Origin: Bacteroidota bacterium
GTDB lineage: Bacteria > Bacteroidota > Bacteroidia > NORP154
DNA length: 64,000 nucleotides
Direction of reading: 5' to 3'
Assembly (NCBI GenBank): GCA_022572355.1
Contig: JACZWC010000010.1
Span: 16,851-80,850 of the forward strand
The notes beneath the pieces are model-generated. The model did not search any database and had not been told where the DNA came from. It saw only the letters and a list, made by a program, of their open reading frames with translations. The translations under genes and the position numbers were made by a program. Below, in pieces: positions 1-8,332 of this stretch. Position 1 is the stretch's first letter. Every line of letters begins with the position of its first letter.

Positions 1-593
1 GTATAAGCACCATTTTTAATATATAATATATCATCTGGGAATTTTTTGGCAGTATCACTGTGTATAAATCCGTCACCTTCTGTGGTGATTACCTGGGTGA
101 TTAATCCTTTCTCAGTTTCAAAGTTATAGGTAATGGTTTCCGTGCTAAACTTCTGTCCATCATCTATAAAAACAGGTTTTCCCTTCAGATTGCCTGCACT
201 GTCGAGTTTGCCAATGGCATAAACAATGTTTTTACTCATATCCAGTTCAATATACTCGGCTGTGAGGGTGACGGCCTCATAATCTACCCTCGCATTACCA
301 AATAGGTACGCTTTTTGCGTTATTATATCAAACCTGATTGAATCCTCTGCGGAATACACCACTTTGGATTTCAACGCACTGCTTTTTTCAGGAGGAGCGG
401 TGATGGTGTCACTTAATGTTGAATCTGGAACAATAGAATCTTGCACTAATTGTAACAACACAGTGGAATCGGATTGAAATGAACCGTATGATTCAAGAGG
501 TAACAGGACCAGTTTTATTAACAAAGTCACGAGGAAAAATAGAACGATCCCTGTCCTGAGTAGAATAATATTAATGCTAATTTTGTTGCGCAA
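1..593 (-). CDS. LptD/OstA-like LPS-assembly outer-membrane protein, N-terminal part only (gene runs off the window start)
   Basis: Absent from the ORF track because it has no stop inside the window. My own minus-strand translation from TTG 593 stays open to position 1 (LRNKISINIILLRTGIVLFFLV...KVVYSAEDSIRFDIITQKAYLFGNARVDYEAVTLTAEYIELDMSKNIVYAIGKLDSAGNLKGKPVFIDDGQKFSTETITYNFETEKGLITQVITTEGDGFIHSDTAKKF). A hydrophobic N-terminus is followed by the OstA/LptD N-terminal pattern seen in Bacteroidota LptD homologues. Start codon uncertain. Confidence 0.55.
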   Translation of the reverse strand, partial: MRNKISINIILLRTGIVLFFLVTLLIKLVLLPLESYGSFQSDSTVLLQLVQDSIVPDSTLSDTITAPPEKSSALKSKVVYSAEDSIRFDIITQKAYLFGNARVDYEAVTLTAEYIELDMSKNIVYAIGKLDSAGNLKGKPVFIDDGQKFSTETITYNFETEKGLITQVITTEGDGFIHSDTAKKFPDDILYIKNGAY

Positions 594-602
594 TCCGGTT
601 TA

Positions 603-1733
603 TTGAGAGATTATGTTAAAACTATTAAAAATGTAATTGTGACTAAACGCATTTTATATCTTTTTGTTATCATATTTTTTCTGAGCTTTTCAGGAACAAA
701 TCCAGTGCCAGAGACTCAGTTTCGGTTGAAAACTGTGGTTATCGATCCAGGCCATGGTGGAAAGGACCCAGGAAATTTGGGGACGGGCAAGTTTAAAACT
801 TATGAAAAGGATGTTGTCCTGGCCATCTCATTAAAACTGGGGAATTATATATCTGAGAATTTCGACGATGTAAAAGTCATCTATACCAGAGAAAAGGATG
901 AATTTATCGGTTTGAAGGAACGGGCTGATATAGCGAATCGAAATAAAGCGGATATTTTTATTTGTATCCACGCCAATTCCAACAAATCATCAGCTGCTTA
1001 TGGAACCAATACGTTCGTAATGGGATTGAATAAGACGAAAGATAACCTGGAGCTTGCAAAAAGGGAAAATGCATCAATTCTGATGGAGGATGATTATATG
1101 ACAAAATATGAGGGCTATGATCCCAACTCACCTGAGGCGGATATCATATTTTCACTTTATCAGAATGCTTATCTGGACCAGAGCCTTGAATTGGCGGCAA
1201 TGGTGCAGAAACAATTCAAATCCAGGGCCAAAAGGAAAGACAGGGGTGTAAAGCAGGCAGGCTTTTTAGTACTATATCAAACGATGATGCCAAGCATCCT
1301 GGTTGAAACTGGATTTTTAACGAATAGGGAGGAGGAGAAATTCCTTAATTCTGAGAAGGGGCAAGATTACCTGGCCTCGGCCATCTATAGAGCTTTTAAG
1401 GACTATAAAACTGTGATGGAGGGAACATTGCCCGCCAATTTTTCTCCCAATGAGGCGATGAAAATTATAGATGGGATAATATTTAGGGTTCAAATTGTAA
1501 CTTCTTCAAACGCTATTCCGTTAGACTCACCTAAATTTGATGGTATTACCAATGTCCAGGAGTACGTATCTGGTGGTTGGTTTAAATACACTTCAGGAGA
1601 AAAAAAGGACCTGGCATCCGCATACCGATTACAAGTGGAGGTAAGGGAGAAAGGATTTTCCAGTGCATTTGTTGTAGCATTTCACAACGGTGAGCGGATC
1701 AATCTGCAGGATGCAATAAAAATGGTGAAATAG
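603..1733 (+). CDS. N-acetylmuramoyl-L-alanine amidase (Amidase_3 family) with C-terminal SPOR-like domain
   Basis: Carries VVIDPGHGGKDPG, ICIHANS and GVKQAGFLVL motifs of zinc amidase_3 enzymes. The last ~75 aa (IIFRVQIVTSS...AYRLQVEVREKGFSSAFVVAF) resemble a SPOR peptidoglycan-binding domain. The ORF-track start is TTG 603. GTG 639 (VTKRILYLFVIIFFLSF signal peptide) is a plausible alternative. Confidence 0.85.
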   Translation: MRDYVKTIKNVIVTKRILYLFVIIFFLSFSGTNPVPETQFRLKTVVIDPGHGGKDPGNLGTGKFKTYEKDVVLAISLKLGNYISENFDDVKVIYTREKDEFIGLKERADIANRNKADIFICIHANSNKSSAAYGTNTFVMGLNKTKDNLELAKRENASILMEDDYMTKYEGYDPNSPEADIIFSLYQNAYLDQSLELAAMVQKQFKSRAKRKDRGVKQAGFLVLYQTMMPSILVETGFLTNREEEKFLNSEKGQDYLASAIYRAFKDYKTVMEGTLPANFSPNEAMKIIDGIIFRVQIVTSSNAIPLDSPKFDGITNVQEYVSGGWFKYTSGEKKDLASAYRLQVEVREKGFSSAFVVAFHNGERINLQDAIKMVK

Positions 1734-1736
1734 AAT

Positions 1737-2723
1737 ATGGGCGCTTTTAGCAACATGATGAGGTACAACAAGGAAATGAAAATTGGGGTGGTAGTTACCA
1801 TTGCAATCGCCTTGTTGGTGTGGGGATTGAATTTCCTGAAGGGAGAAAACATTCTTTCAACCAAGCAGTACTTCTATGCCGTTTATCCCAAGATAAATGG
1901 GCTGGTTGAAGGAAACCCGGTTCAGGTAAATGGCTTCAAGGTTGGACAAGTTGGCACTGTTTCTTTTCACGCTGACAAATCAGGGAGAATAGTTGTAAAA
2001 TTCATTTTGGGAAAGGAAACGATCGCATTGCCAAAAGGTACTACGGCCAAAATTATCAGTGCTGATTTACTGGGTTCCAAGGCGGTGGAGCTAATGTTGG
2101 CAGTAAGTGATGATGTTCACATAAGTGGTGACACATTAGATTCTGATATTCAAGCTGACCTGCAGGAATCATTTAATGCCACTATCGCACCTCTGAAATT
2201 AAAAGCTGAAGCGCTGATAAGCTCTATGGACTCGGCAGTTACCATAGTTCAGATGATCCTCAATGAAGATGCACGAAAGAATCTGGGTGCAGGTTTTGAA
2301 AGCCTGAAGCGATCTTTTGATAGCTTTGAAAGTGCCTCAAAGAATTTGGATGAGCTCATTAGCGATAACAAAGGAAGGATTTCTTCGATTTTTGCGAATG
2401 TTAACGGTATCGTAAGCAATCTCAATAGCAAGAGCAAAGAGTTGTCCAATATTCTGGATAACTTCTCCCAGATAAGTGATTCCCTTGCAGGGGCAAATAT
2501 TGCCGCAACCCTACAGAGTGCAAATCTTGCGTTGCAGAATCTTTCTGTTATTCTTGAGAAGATCAACAACGGTGAAGGAACAATGGGAATGCTGATTAAT
2601 AATGATTCGCTTTATAATAATCTGGCCGGAGCTTCACTTGCATTGGATTCATTGCTCAGTGATGTAAAAGATCATCCGAAAAGATATGTGCATTTCTCAC
2701 TATTTGGAAAGAAAGACAAATAA
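1737..2723 (+). CDS. MlaD/MCE-family lipid-transport protein
   Basis: N-terminal TM helix (KIGVVVTIAIALLVWGL), then an MCE-domain pattern (YFYAVYPKINGLVEGNPVQVNGFKVGQVGTVSF), then a long helical C-terminus. Amidase followed by an MCE protein, with the divergent LptD-like gene just upstream, is a gene order I recall as common in Bacteroidota. Confidence 0.7.
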   Translation: MGAFSNMMRYNKEMKIGVVVTIAIALLVWGLNFLKGENILSTKQYFYAVYPKINGLVEGNPVQVNGFKVGQVGTVSFHADKSGRIVVKFILGKETIALPKGTTAKIISADLLGSKAVELMLAVSDDVHISGDTLDSDIQADLQESFNATIAPLKLKAEALISSMDSAVTIVQMILNEDARKNLGAGFESLKRSFDSFESASKNLDELISDNKGRISSIFANVNGIVSNLNSKSKELSNILDNFSQISDSLAGANIAATLQSANLALQNLSVILEKINNGEGTMGMLINNDSLYNNLAGASLALDSLLSDVKDHPKRYVHFSLFGKKDK

Positions 2724-2763
2724 GTAATTTATATTTGTCTGGATACTATTGCGTCTTGCTTCA

Positions 2764-4062
2764 ATGAGCAAACAATTAATTTTCGGCCTTTTCCTCCTCC
2801 TTTCACTAGGCCTTTTTACATATACACTGTTCAGGTTAGCTTCATTTTTTCGACTTACCAGAAAGGGATTTAAAGTCGATCGTATCGGGGAGCGTATTAC
2901 CACAACCTTATTGGTGGCATTCGGGCAAACCAAAATACTACGGAAGCCGGTCATTGGCCTGATGCACGCCTTGGTGTATTGGGGGTTTATGGTGATAACT
3001 ATTGGATCCTTGGAAATGATGATAGATGGTTTGGCGGAAACCGAACGGATATTCGGATCCTGGGGCATCCTTTACGATTTCATTACTGCATCAGGTGATA
3101 TTTTTGCGGCAATTATTATACTCTCCTGCTTTGCCTTTTTGGCGCGCAGACACCTCATGAAAGTCAAGCGGTTTAGCGGTGTGGAAATGACAACCAAGTC
3201 GAACATGGATGCCACCGCCGCACTGACGATGATATTGATACTCATGTTCTCACTTATCGGTATGAACACGGGTTATTTGGTAAATCACCGCGATGATATT
3301 GTCGGCTCATATCCCATAAGCTCACTTTTAACCGGCCTGGTATCAGTAGAATCAGCTCATATGATCCAGGAAACTAATTGGTGGATCCATATTGTGTTGA
3401 TTTTTGTTTTTCTGAATATTTTGCCTTATTCCAAACACTTTCACATTATCATGTCAATCCCCAACGTGTTCCTGACGGATTTAAAACCGATGACTCAAAT
3501 GAACAATATGGCATCTGTTACCAAGGAAGTTAAATTGATGATGGATCCCAATACAGCCTTTGCCGCCCCCGCTGAAGATGCTCCTCCACCAGAGAGATTT
3601 GGTGTTAAAGATATAGAAGATATAACCTGGAAGAATTATACGGATTCTTTGACTTGCACAGAATGTGGCCGCTGTACTTCCGTATGTCCAGCCAACATTA
3701 CCGGCAAGTTGTTGTCTCCCAGAAAGATAATGATTGATACACGCAAGAGAATGAATGACCGTGGGCCGGGACTTTCAAAAGATCCAAATTTTGATGATGG
3801 CAAATCATTGGTTGGTGATTATATTACTGCAGAAGAGTTATGGGCATGTACTACCTGTAATGCCTGCGTTCAGGAATGTCCTGTAAATATTGACCAGGTA
3901 TCATTGATTATGGATATGCGAAGGAACCTGGTAATGGAAGAATCGAATGCGCCAAAGGAGCTGGTACAGATGTTTACCAATATTGAAAATAACGGTTCTC
4001 CCTGGCAGTTTTCGCCGGATGACAGGATGAAATGGGCGGAGGGACTATCATTGCGCACTTAA
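2764..4062 (+). CDS. Membrane-bound (Fe-S)-binding oxidoreductase subunit: multi-TM N-terminal domain plus 2x[4Fe-4S] ferredoxin-type motifs (HdrD/DsrMK-like)
   Basis: About 250 aa of hydrophobic helices with conserved His residues, then CTECGRCTSVCP and CTTCNACVQECP cluster motifs. The ORF track starts at TTG 2749. ATG 2764 (MSKQLIFGLFLLL) is more likely. Confidence 0.7.
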   Translation: MSKQLIFGLFLLLSLGLFTYTLFRLASFFRLTRKGFKVDRIGERITTTLLVAFGQTKILRKPVIGLMHALVYWGFMVITIGSLEMMIDGLAETERIFGSWGILYDFITASGDIFAAIIILSCFAFLARRHLMKVKRFSGVEMTTKSNMDATAALTMILILMFSLIGMNTGYLVNHRDDIVGSYPISSLLTGLVSVESAHMIQETNWWIHIVLIFVFLNILPYSKHFHIIMSIPNVFLTDLKPMTQMNNMASVTKEVKLMMDPNTAFAAPAEDAPPPERFGVKDIEDITWKNYTDSLTCTECGRCTSVCPANITGKLLSPRKIMIDTRKRMNDRGPGLSKDPNFDDGKSLVGDYITAEELWACTTCNACVQECPVNIDQVSLIMDMRRNLVMEESNAPKELVQMFTNIENNGSPWQFSPDDRMKWAEGLSLRT

Positions 4063-4070
4063 AGGAATAA

Positions 4071-4910
4071 ATGGAAGAGATAGAGAGACTGAGCGAAGAG
4101 AACCAGCCCCAAGCTACTAATGGGGCATTTCATGTTCCAACTGTTGCAGAGCTGAAAGCAAAAGGTGAGGAGCCAGAGCTTTTGTTCTGGGTAGGCTGCG
4201 CCGGAGCATTCGACGATCGATATCAAAAAGTAACCAGAGATTTCGTAAAGATCCTGCACAAGGTGGGTATAAAGTATGCTGTGCTGGGTACGGAAGAAAG
4301 CTGTACCGGTGATCCTGCTAAACGCGCGGGCAATGAGTTTGTATATCAAATGCAGGCAATGAAGAACATTGAGATGCTGAACGGATACAACATAAAAACC
4401 ATCGTTACGGCATGTCCTCATTGTTTTAACATTTTTAAAAATGAATATCCTGAGTTAGGTGGAACTTATGAAGTACATCACCACTCGACCTTTTTACAAC
4501 AATTGATCAATGAAGGGAGATTAAAGGTGGCTGATGGGGGAGAGTTCAAGGGTAAAACGATTACATTTCATGATTCATGTTACCTGGGAAGAGGTAATGG
4601 TATTTATGAAGCGCCACGAAAAATACTAGAGGCATTAGACGCAAACCTGGTGGAAATGAGAAGAAATCGCAGCAAGGGACTCTGCTGCGGGGCTGGTGGC
4701 GCTCAGATGTTTAAAGACGCAGAAAAGGGTGACAAAGAAGTGAATATTGAAAGGACAGAAGAGGCGCTTGAAACGAATCCAAGTATAATTGCTACTGCTT
4801 GTCCTTTTTGTATGACAATGTTGACAGATGGTGTCAAGGACAAGAATAAAGAACAAGAAGTCAAAGTAATGGACCTGGCTGAACTCATAGTTAAAGCCAA
4901 TAATATCTAG
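4071..4910 (+). CDS. (Fe-S)-binding protein with two cysteine-rich CCG domains (HdrD/GlpC C-terminal-like)
   Basis: Two CCG-type Cys patterns (WVGCAG...CTGD...ACPHC and HDSCYLGR...CCGAGG...ACPFC). It starts 8 bp after the upstream Fe-S gene, so the two are probably one operon. Confidence 0.7.
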   Translation: MEEIERLSEENQPQATNGAFHVPTVAELKAKGEEPELLFWVGCAGAFDDRYQKVTRDFVKILHKVGIKYAVLGTEESCTGDPAKRAGNEFVYQMQAMKNIEMLNGYNIKTIVTACPHCFNIFKNEYPELGGTYEVHHHSTFLQQLINEGRLKVADGGEFKGKTITFHDSCYLGRGNGIYEAPRKILEALDANLVEMRRNRSKGLCCGAGGAQMFKDAEKGDKEVNIERTEEALETNPSIIATACPFCMTMLTDGVKDKNKEQEVKVMDLAELIVKANNI

Positions 4911-4912
4911 CC

Positions 4913-5395
4913 ATGTTTTCTTATCAAGACTTACCCAAAACCGCTCGAATCTGGATTTACCAGTGCAATAGGGAGTTGTCTTCTGATGAAGTCAAGGAAA
5001 TAAACAAGAAATCAGAACAATTTATTCTCGATTGGTCATCTCATGGTGCCAAGCTCGCCGCGGCCATAGAGATCTTCTACAATATTTTTATTGTGGTAAT
5101 GGTTGACGAGGAAAAAGCGGAAGCCTCAGGGTGCTCAATTGATAAATCATTTCAGTTCATCAAAGAATTAAGTGATGAATATGAGCTTTCACTACTGGAC
5201 AGAATGAGCGTTGCCTATCGCGATAATAAGAATATAAGTATTTGTCGAATTGATGTATTTGAAGGCCTTCTCCATCGTGGAGAGGTGAATGAAGATACAA
5301 TCGTGTTCAATAATCTGGTAGATACCAAAAAAGACTTCGACAGCAAATGGGAAGTGCTGCTAAAGGATAGCTGGCACAGAAAATTAATGGACTAA
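4913..5395 (+). CDS. Conserved hypothetical protein (160 aa)
   Basis: Long ORF that starts 2 bp after the preceding stop. No motif I can assign. It resembles a small protein conserved in Bacteroidota that is sometimes mislabelled as an ABC ATPase. Confidence 0.5.
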   Translation: MFSYQDLPKTARIWIYQCNRELSSDEVKEINKKSEQFILDWSSHGAKLAAAIEIFYNIFIVVMVDEEKAEASGCSIDKSFQFIKELSDEYELSLLDRMSVAYRDNKNISICRIDVFEGLLHRGEVNEDTIVFNNLVDTKKDFDSKWEVLLKDSWHRKLMD

Positions 5396-5450
5396 CGTGT
5401 TAACCAATTTCATTTTAGACTGATGGAGACAAAATTCCACACCTGTGTGC

Positions 5451-5606
5451 GCTTCGTCGCTGACAGCCGTCGGCCAGAGCCTATGGCGTCGGACGAAGCT
5501 ATGCAGCGTAAGAGACCGAAGCACTTCGGTGGGCAGGCACAAAGACTCTAAGAATCCACTAAGGTAGAACCGCTTTGTGAAACCTGGTGACTTTGTGCCT
5601 TAGTGG
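5451..5606. repeat. GC-rich intergenic element built from nested and overlapping inverted repeats
   Basis: gcttcgtc (5451-5458) pairs with gacgaagc (5492-5499). A ccgaa gcac ttcgg hairpin sits at ~5516-5529. ggcacaaag (5536-5544) pairs with ctttgtgcc (5591-5599), and ccactaagg (5556-5564) pairs with ccttagtgg (5598-5606). An extra ctttgtg occurs at 5573-5579. Confidence 0.6.
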
Positions 5607-5692
5607 CTAATATTCCCAATCTTGATTTTAACAGATTGAATATGAGGTACTTGCATTTTGAATTGGTCAACGAGCTAATGAACTAAAAAACA

Positions 5693-6535
5693 ATGGACGA
5701 AGAAAATCCAGAGAGGCGTAAACAATTAAGTGGTTGGCGGCTAGAGCTTCATAAAGTGATCTTTGGTTACGATACACTTGCGGGAAAGCTGTTCGATATA
5801 TCCCTGGTCGTGGCAATTGTCTTAAGCGTCATCGTAGTAATGCTGGACACAGTTGAGCACATCACTGCAAAGTATGGAGACATTTTTCACGCATTGGAAT
5901 GGTTCTTCACGATAATATTTACGCTTGAGTATATTGCCAGAATAGTAGTAGTTGGAAGGCCCTGGAAGTATATTATTAGTTTTTACGGAATTATTGACTT
6001 TCTATCCATCATTCCTACTCTTCTAAGCGCAGTATTTCCACCTGCACACTATTTGGCTGACATACGTATAATCAGATTATTGAGAATATTTCGAATACTG
6101 AAATTAATACGGTATATGCGTGCTGCAAGGGTACTGGGAGATGCTATAAAGGCAAGTGGTGCCAAGATAGCGGTCTTTTTATTGGTTGTATTAACGATTG
6201 TGGTTATTGCTGGAACATTGATGTACATTATTGAAGGTGCGGAACATGGATTTGACAGCATTCCGCACAGCATCTACTGGGCAATTGTTACGCTGACCAC
6301 TGTAGGTTATGGTGATATATCGCCGGGCACGCCTGTTGGGATGTTTCTGGCGTCGATATTGATGATCATGGGTTACGGGGTAATTGCCGTTCCCACTGGA
6401 ATTGTGGGTATTGAATTATCGCAGATATCCAAGCTTACGACAACTACCAAAACCAAGGCGTGTACCAATTGTACCCTCGAAACTCACGATAAAGACGCTA
6501 AATACTGCAAGCGTTGCGGGAATGACCTGTCTTGA
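5693..6535 (+). CDS. Voltage-gated-type K+ channel (6-TM, S4 Arg ladder, TTVGYGD filter) with C-terminal zinc-ribbon
   Basis: S4-like RIIRLLRIFRILKLIRYMR, selectivity filter TLTTVGYGD, and a C-terminal CTNC-x13-CKRC motif. Confidence 0.85.
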   Translation: MDEENPERRKQLSGWRLELHKVIFGYDTLAGKLFDISLVVAIVLSVIVVMLDTVEHITAKYGDIFHALEWFFTIIFTLEYIARIVVVGRPWKYIISFYGIIDFLSIIPTLLSAVFPPAHYLADIRIIRLLRIFRILKLIRYMRAARVLGDAIKASGAKIAVFLLVVLTIVVIAGTLMYIIEGAEHGFDSIPHSIYWAIVTLTTVGYGDISPGTPVGMFLASILMIMGYGVIAVPTGIVGIELSQISKLTTTTKTKACTNCTLETHDKDAKYCKRCGNDLS

Positions 6536-8038
6536 TTATCTCCAATTAAAAATATCTTCTTTATCCGTTGGCCTGCGATTTTCAAACCATTCAAACCCTC
6601 TTAGCGTGGTTTCGTCTTTGCTCAGTTTTCCCATTGGGTGCATTACTGCATCTGGTTTGGTGATGAAGGTGATCTTTTCGATGGCGTTATCTTTGATGTA
6701 AACCATCATATCGGAACAATCGGCAATATTGATTCCTATAAATGATTTGTCTTCTTCCTGGGCGTAGTAGATCGTTTGTCCGTTGCCGGTTACCTTTATC
6801 TTGTCCAGGGACCCATCTTTAAAATAACCAACCATATCCTTCCCTTTTATTTGGTTGAACATGTTAGAATCAACAAAGGAGGAAATGAAAGCATTGCGGT
6901 CAAATAAAAGCAATTCTATACCATCATCGCCGGTTTTGAGCCTGATGTGTTCCGCGATCATTTGATTCTCATCAGACCACAAAATAGGATTGTTGAACAT
7001 TCGGATCAATGAATCATTAAATCCATATACGAGCGAATCACACACTCCTTGCAGGTCCTGTTTAAAGAATTTAACGTCTTTGTATGCAAAGAGTAATTTA
7101 TGCTCTCCAGTGCTGTCAAATCCGGTTTTAAACGTGTCTGCGTGCATAAACAGTGAATCATCGTCGTATATATCTGTGAGCATTGCGTTTTGAGTTACCA
7201 TTGCCCGTTCAGTTTTTTCAAAATAGATGCCAAAGTCTCCACTTATTATGATGTTCTCAACCGTGTCATGCATAACAATGTTCCCATGAGCCTCGCTGTA
7301 ACCCCTGTTCCTGTCGTAATAAAGACTGTCTGCTGTAATTGATTGAGCTTTTGAGGTTATCCTTGCGTGTTTATTGAATTGGGAAATATCAGTTTTGGTG
7401 TTGTACCAGCCATTTTCACAATAGATGTGGTTGCTGTCGCTGGTTATATTGGTTGGCCCAAAAAAATAGGTGACCTCGGTGTTGGTGTTGTACTTGAGTG
7501 TATCTGATGTCATGGTGTATTGAGGATTTATAAGCACAACACTATCCTTAAAAAAGAACTCATAATTATCCGGGTAATAGAAACCGATTTTACTGGTCAG
7601 GTGGTTGTCCCCGTCAACTATATTACCACCTTCCCGGTAGAAGGCAACATTGGTCTCCATATTTTGAGTCAGTTTATTGGTGGTGAGCGTTAAGTTATTA
7701 TGTATCAGTCTCACATTGTCTTTCAGCTCGGCAATCTTGTCATTTCCTTTATAAATAAGAAAATCGCCATATACATTCAGACTGTCACTTTCCTTTAAAT
7801 GTACATTGCTAAATGCTTCCAGCAAGTTGGTTTCTGAATATAAATAAGCACTGTCGCAATACATAAGTACATTATCGTGCTTGAAGACTACGTTCCCAAT
7901 CAACCTCTTAACCTTACTGCCCTTTTGTTCATCATATTCGAGCACGTCGGCGTTTACCAACTGTATTTTTGTTGGTGCCTGCGCAAATAAATTCAGAGAA
8001 ACAAGCAGTGAAATTATGGTAAAGTACCTCTTAAACAT
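6536..8038 (-). CDS. OstA-like (LptA/LptD N-terminal-like repeat) periplasmic protein
   Basis: Signal peptide MFKRYFTIISLLVSLNLFAQA. Repeated OstA-type beta-jellyroll pattern (LVNADVLEYDEQKGSKVKRLIGNVVFKHDNVLMYCDSAYLYSETNLLEAFSNVHL...). The 500 aa length is typical of Bacteroidota OstA-like proteins. Confidence 0.55.
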   Translation of the reverse strand: MFKRYFTIISLLVSLNLFAQAPTKIQLVNADVLEYDEQKGSKVKRLIGNVVFKHDNVLMYCDSAYLYSETNLLEAFSNVHLKESDSLNVYGDFLIYKGNDKIAELKDNVRLIHNNLTLTTNKLTQNMETNVAFYREGGNIVDGDNHLTSKIGFYYPDNYEFFFKDSVVLINPQYTMTSDTLKYNTNTEVTYFFGPTNITSDSNHIYCENGWYNTKTDISQFNKHARITSKAQSITADSLYYDRNRGYSEAHGNIVMHDTVENIIISGDFGIYFEKTERAMVTQNAMLTDIYDDDSLFMHADTFKTGFDSTGEHKLLFAYKDVKFFKQDLQGVCDSLVYGFNDSLIRMFNNPILWSDENQMIAEHIRLKTGDDGIELLLFDRNAFISSFVDSNMFNQIKGKDMVGYFKDGSLDKIKVTGNGQTIYYAQEEDKSFIGINIADCSDMMVYIKDNAIEKITFITKPDAVMHPMGKLSKDETTLRGFEWFENRRPTDKEDIFNWR

Positions 8039-8061
8039 TACTCAAAGATGTTGTAACCATC

Positions 8062-8297
8062 TACGAATAGCGAATCTGCCCTCCTTCGTCTTTAAGACTT
8101 CCTCCTTCGCTATCGCTTCGGCGGACATGTCGGCGGGCAAGTACGAATTTACGAATGGTACGTCTATATTAACCACAAGTGAAGTTTGGAGCTAGGGTTA
8201 ATGGTAAAATCCGAAATGCTGTTGCGGCATTCATATTTACGTACTATTTCATTTTCGTACATTCGTATTGTTTCGTATTTCGTAGATAAATTACGAA
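8062..8297. repeat. Intergenic 'tacgaa-word' element with GC-rich core
   Basis: Hexamer tacgaa occurs at 8062, 8142, 8150 and 8292. Its complement ttcgta occurs at 8254, 8262, 8272 and 8279. Direct repeat cctccttcg at 8080-8088 and 8101-8109. GC-rich core ccttcgctatcgcttcggcggacatgtcggcgggcaag at 8104-8141. Confidence 0.7.
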
Positions 8298-8332
8298 ATT
8301 ACAGAATTAGTATCAGAGAATAACTCCATTTT

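Noticed and set aside
593-603. Only 9 bp between the divergent LptD-like (TTG 593) and amidase (TTG 603) start candidates
   Set aside because: This is most likely an artefact of maximal ORF extension with non-ATG starts. An internal GTG at 639 gives a good signal peptide for the amidase, and the LptD-like start is also uncertain.
8062-8297. Repeated words in the 8.0-8.3 kb and trkH-flanking spacers considered as a CRISPR array or integron attC sites
   Set aside because: The repeats are 5-8 bp words in both orientations with irregular spacing. They are not 25-40 bp direct repeats with unique spacers, and no cas genes are present. A GTTRRRY-like gttgaac at 9797 exists, but there is no inverse core at the expected geometry and no intI integrase.
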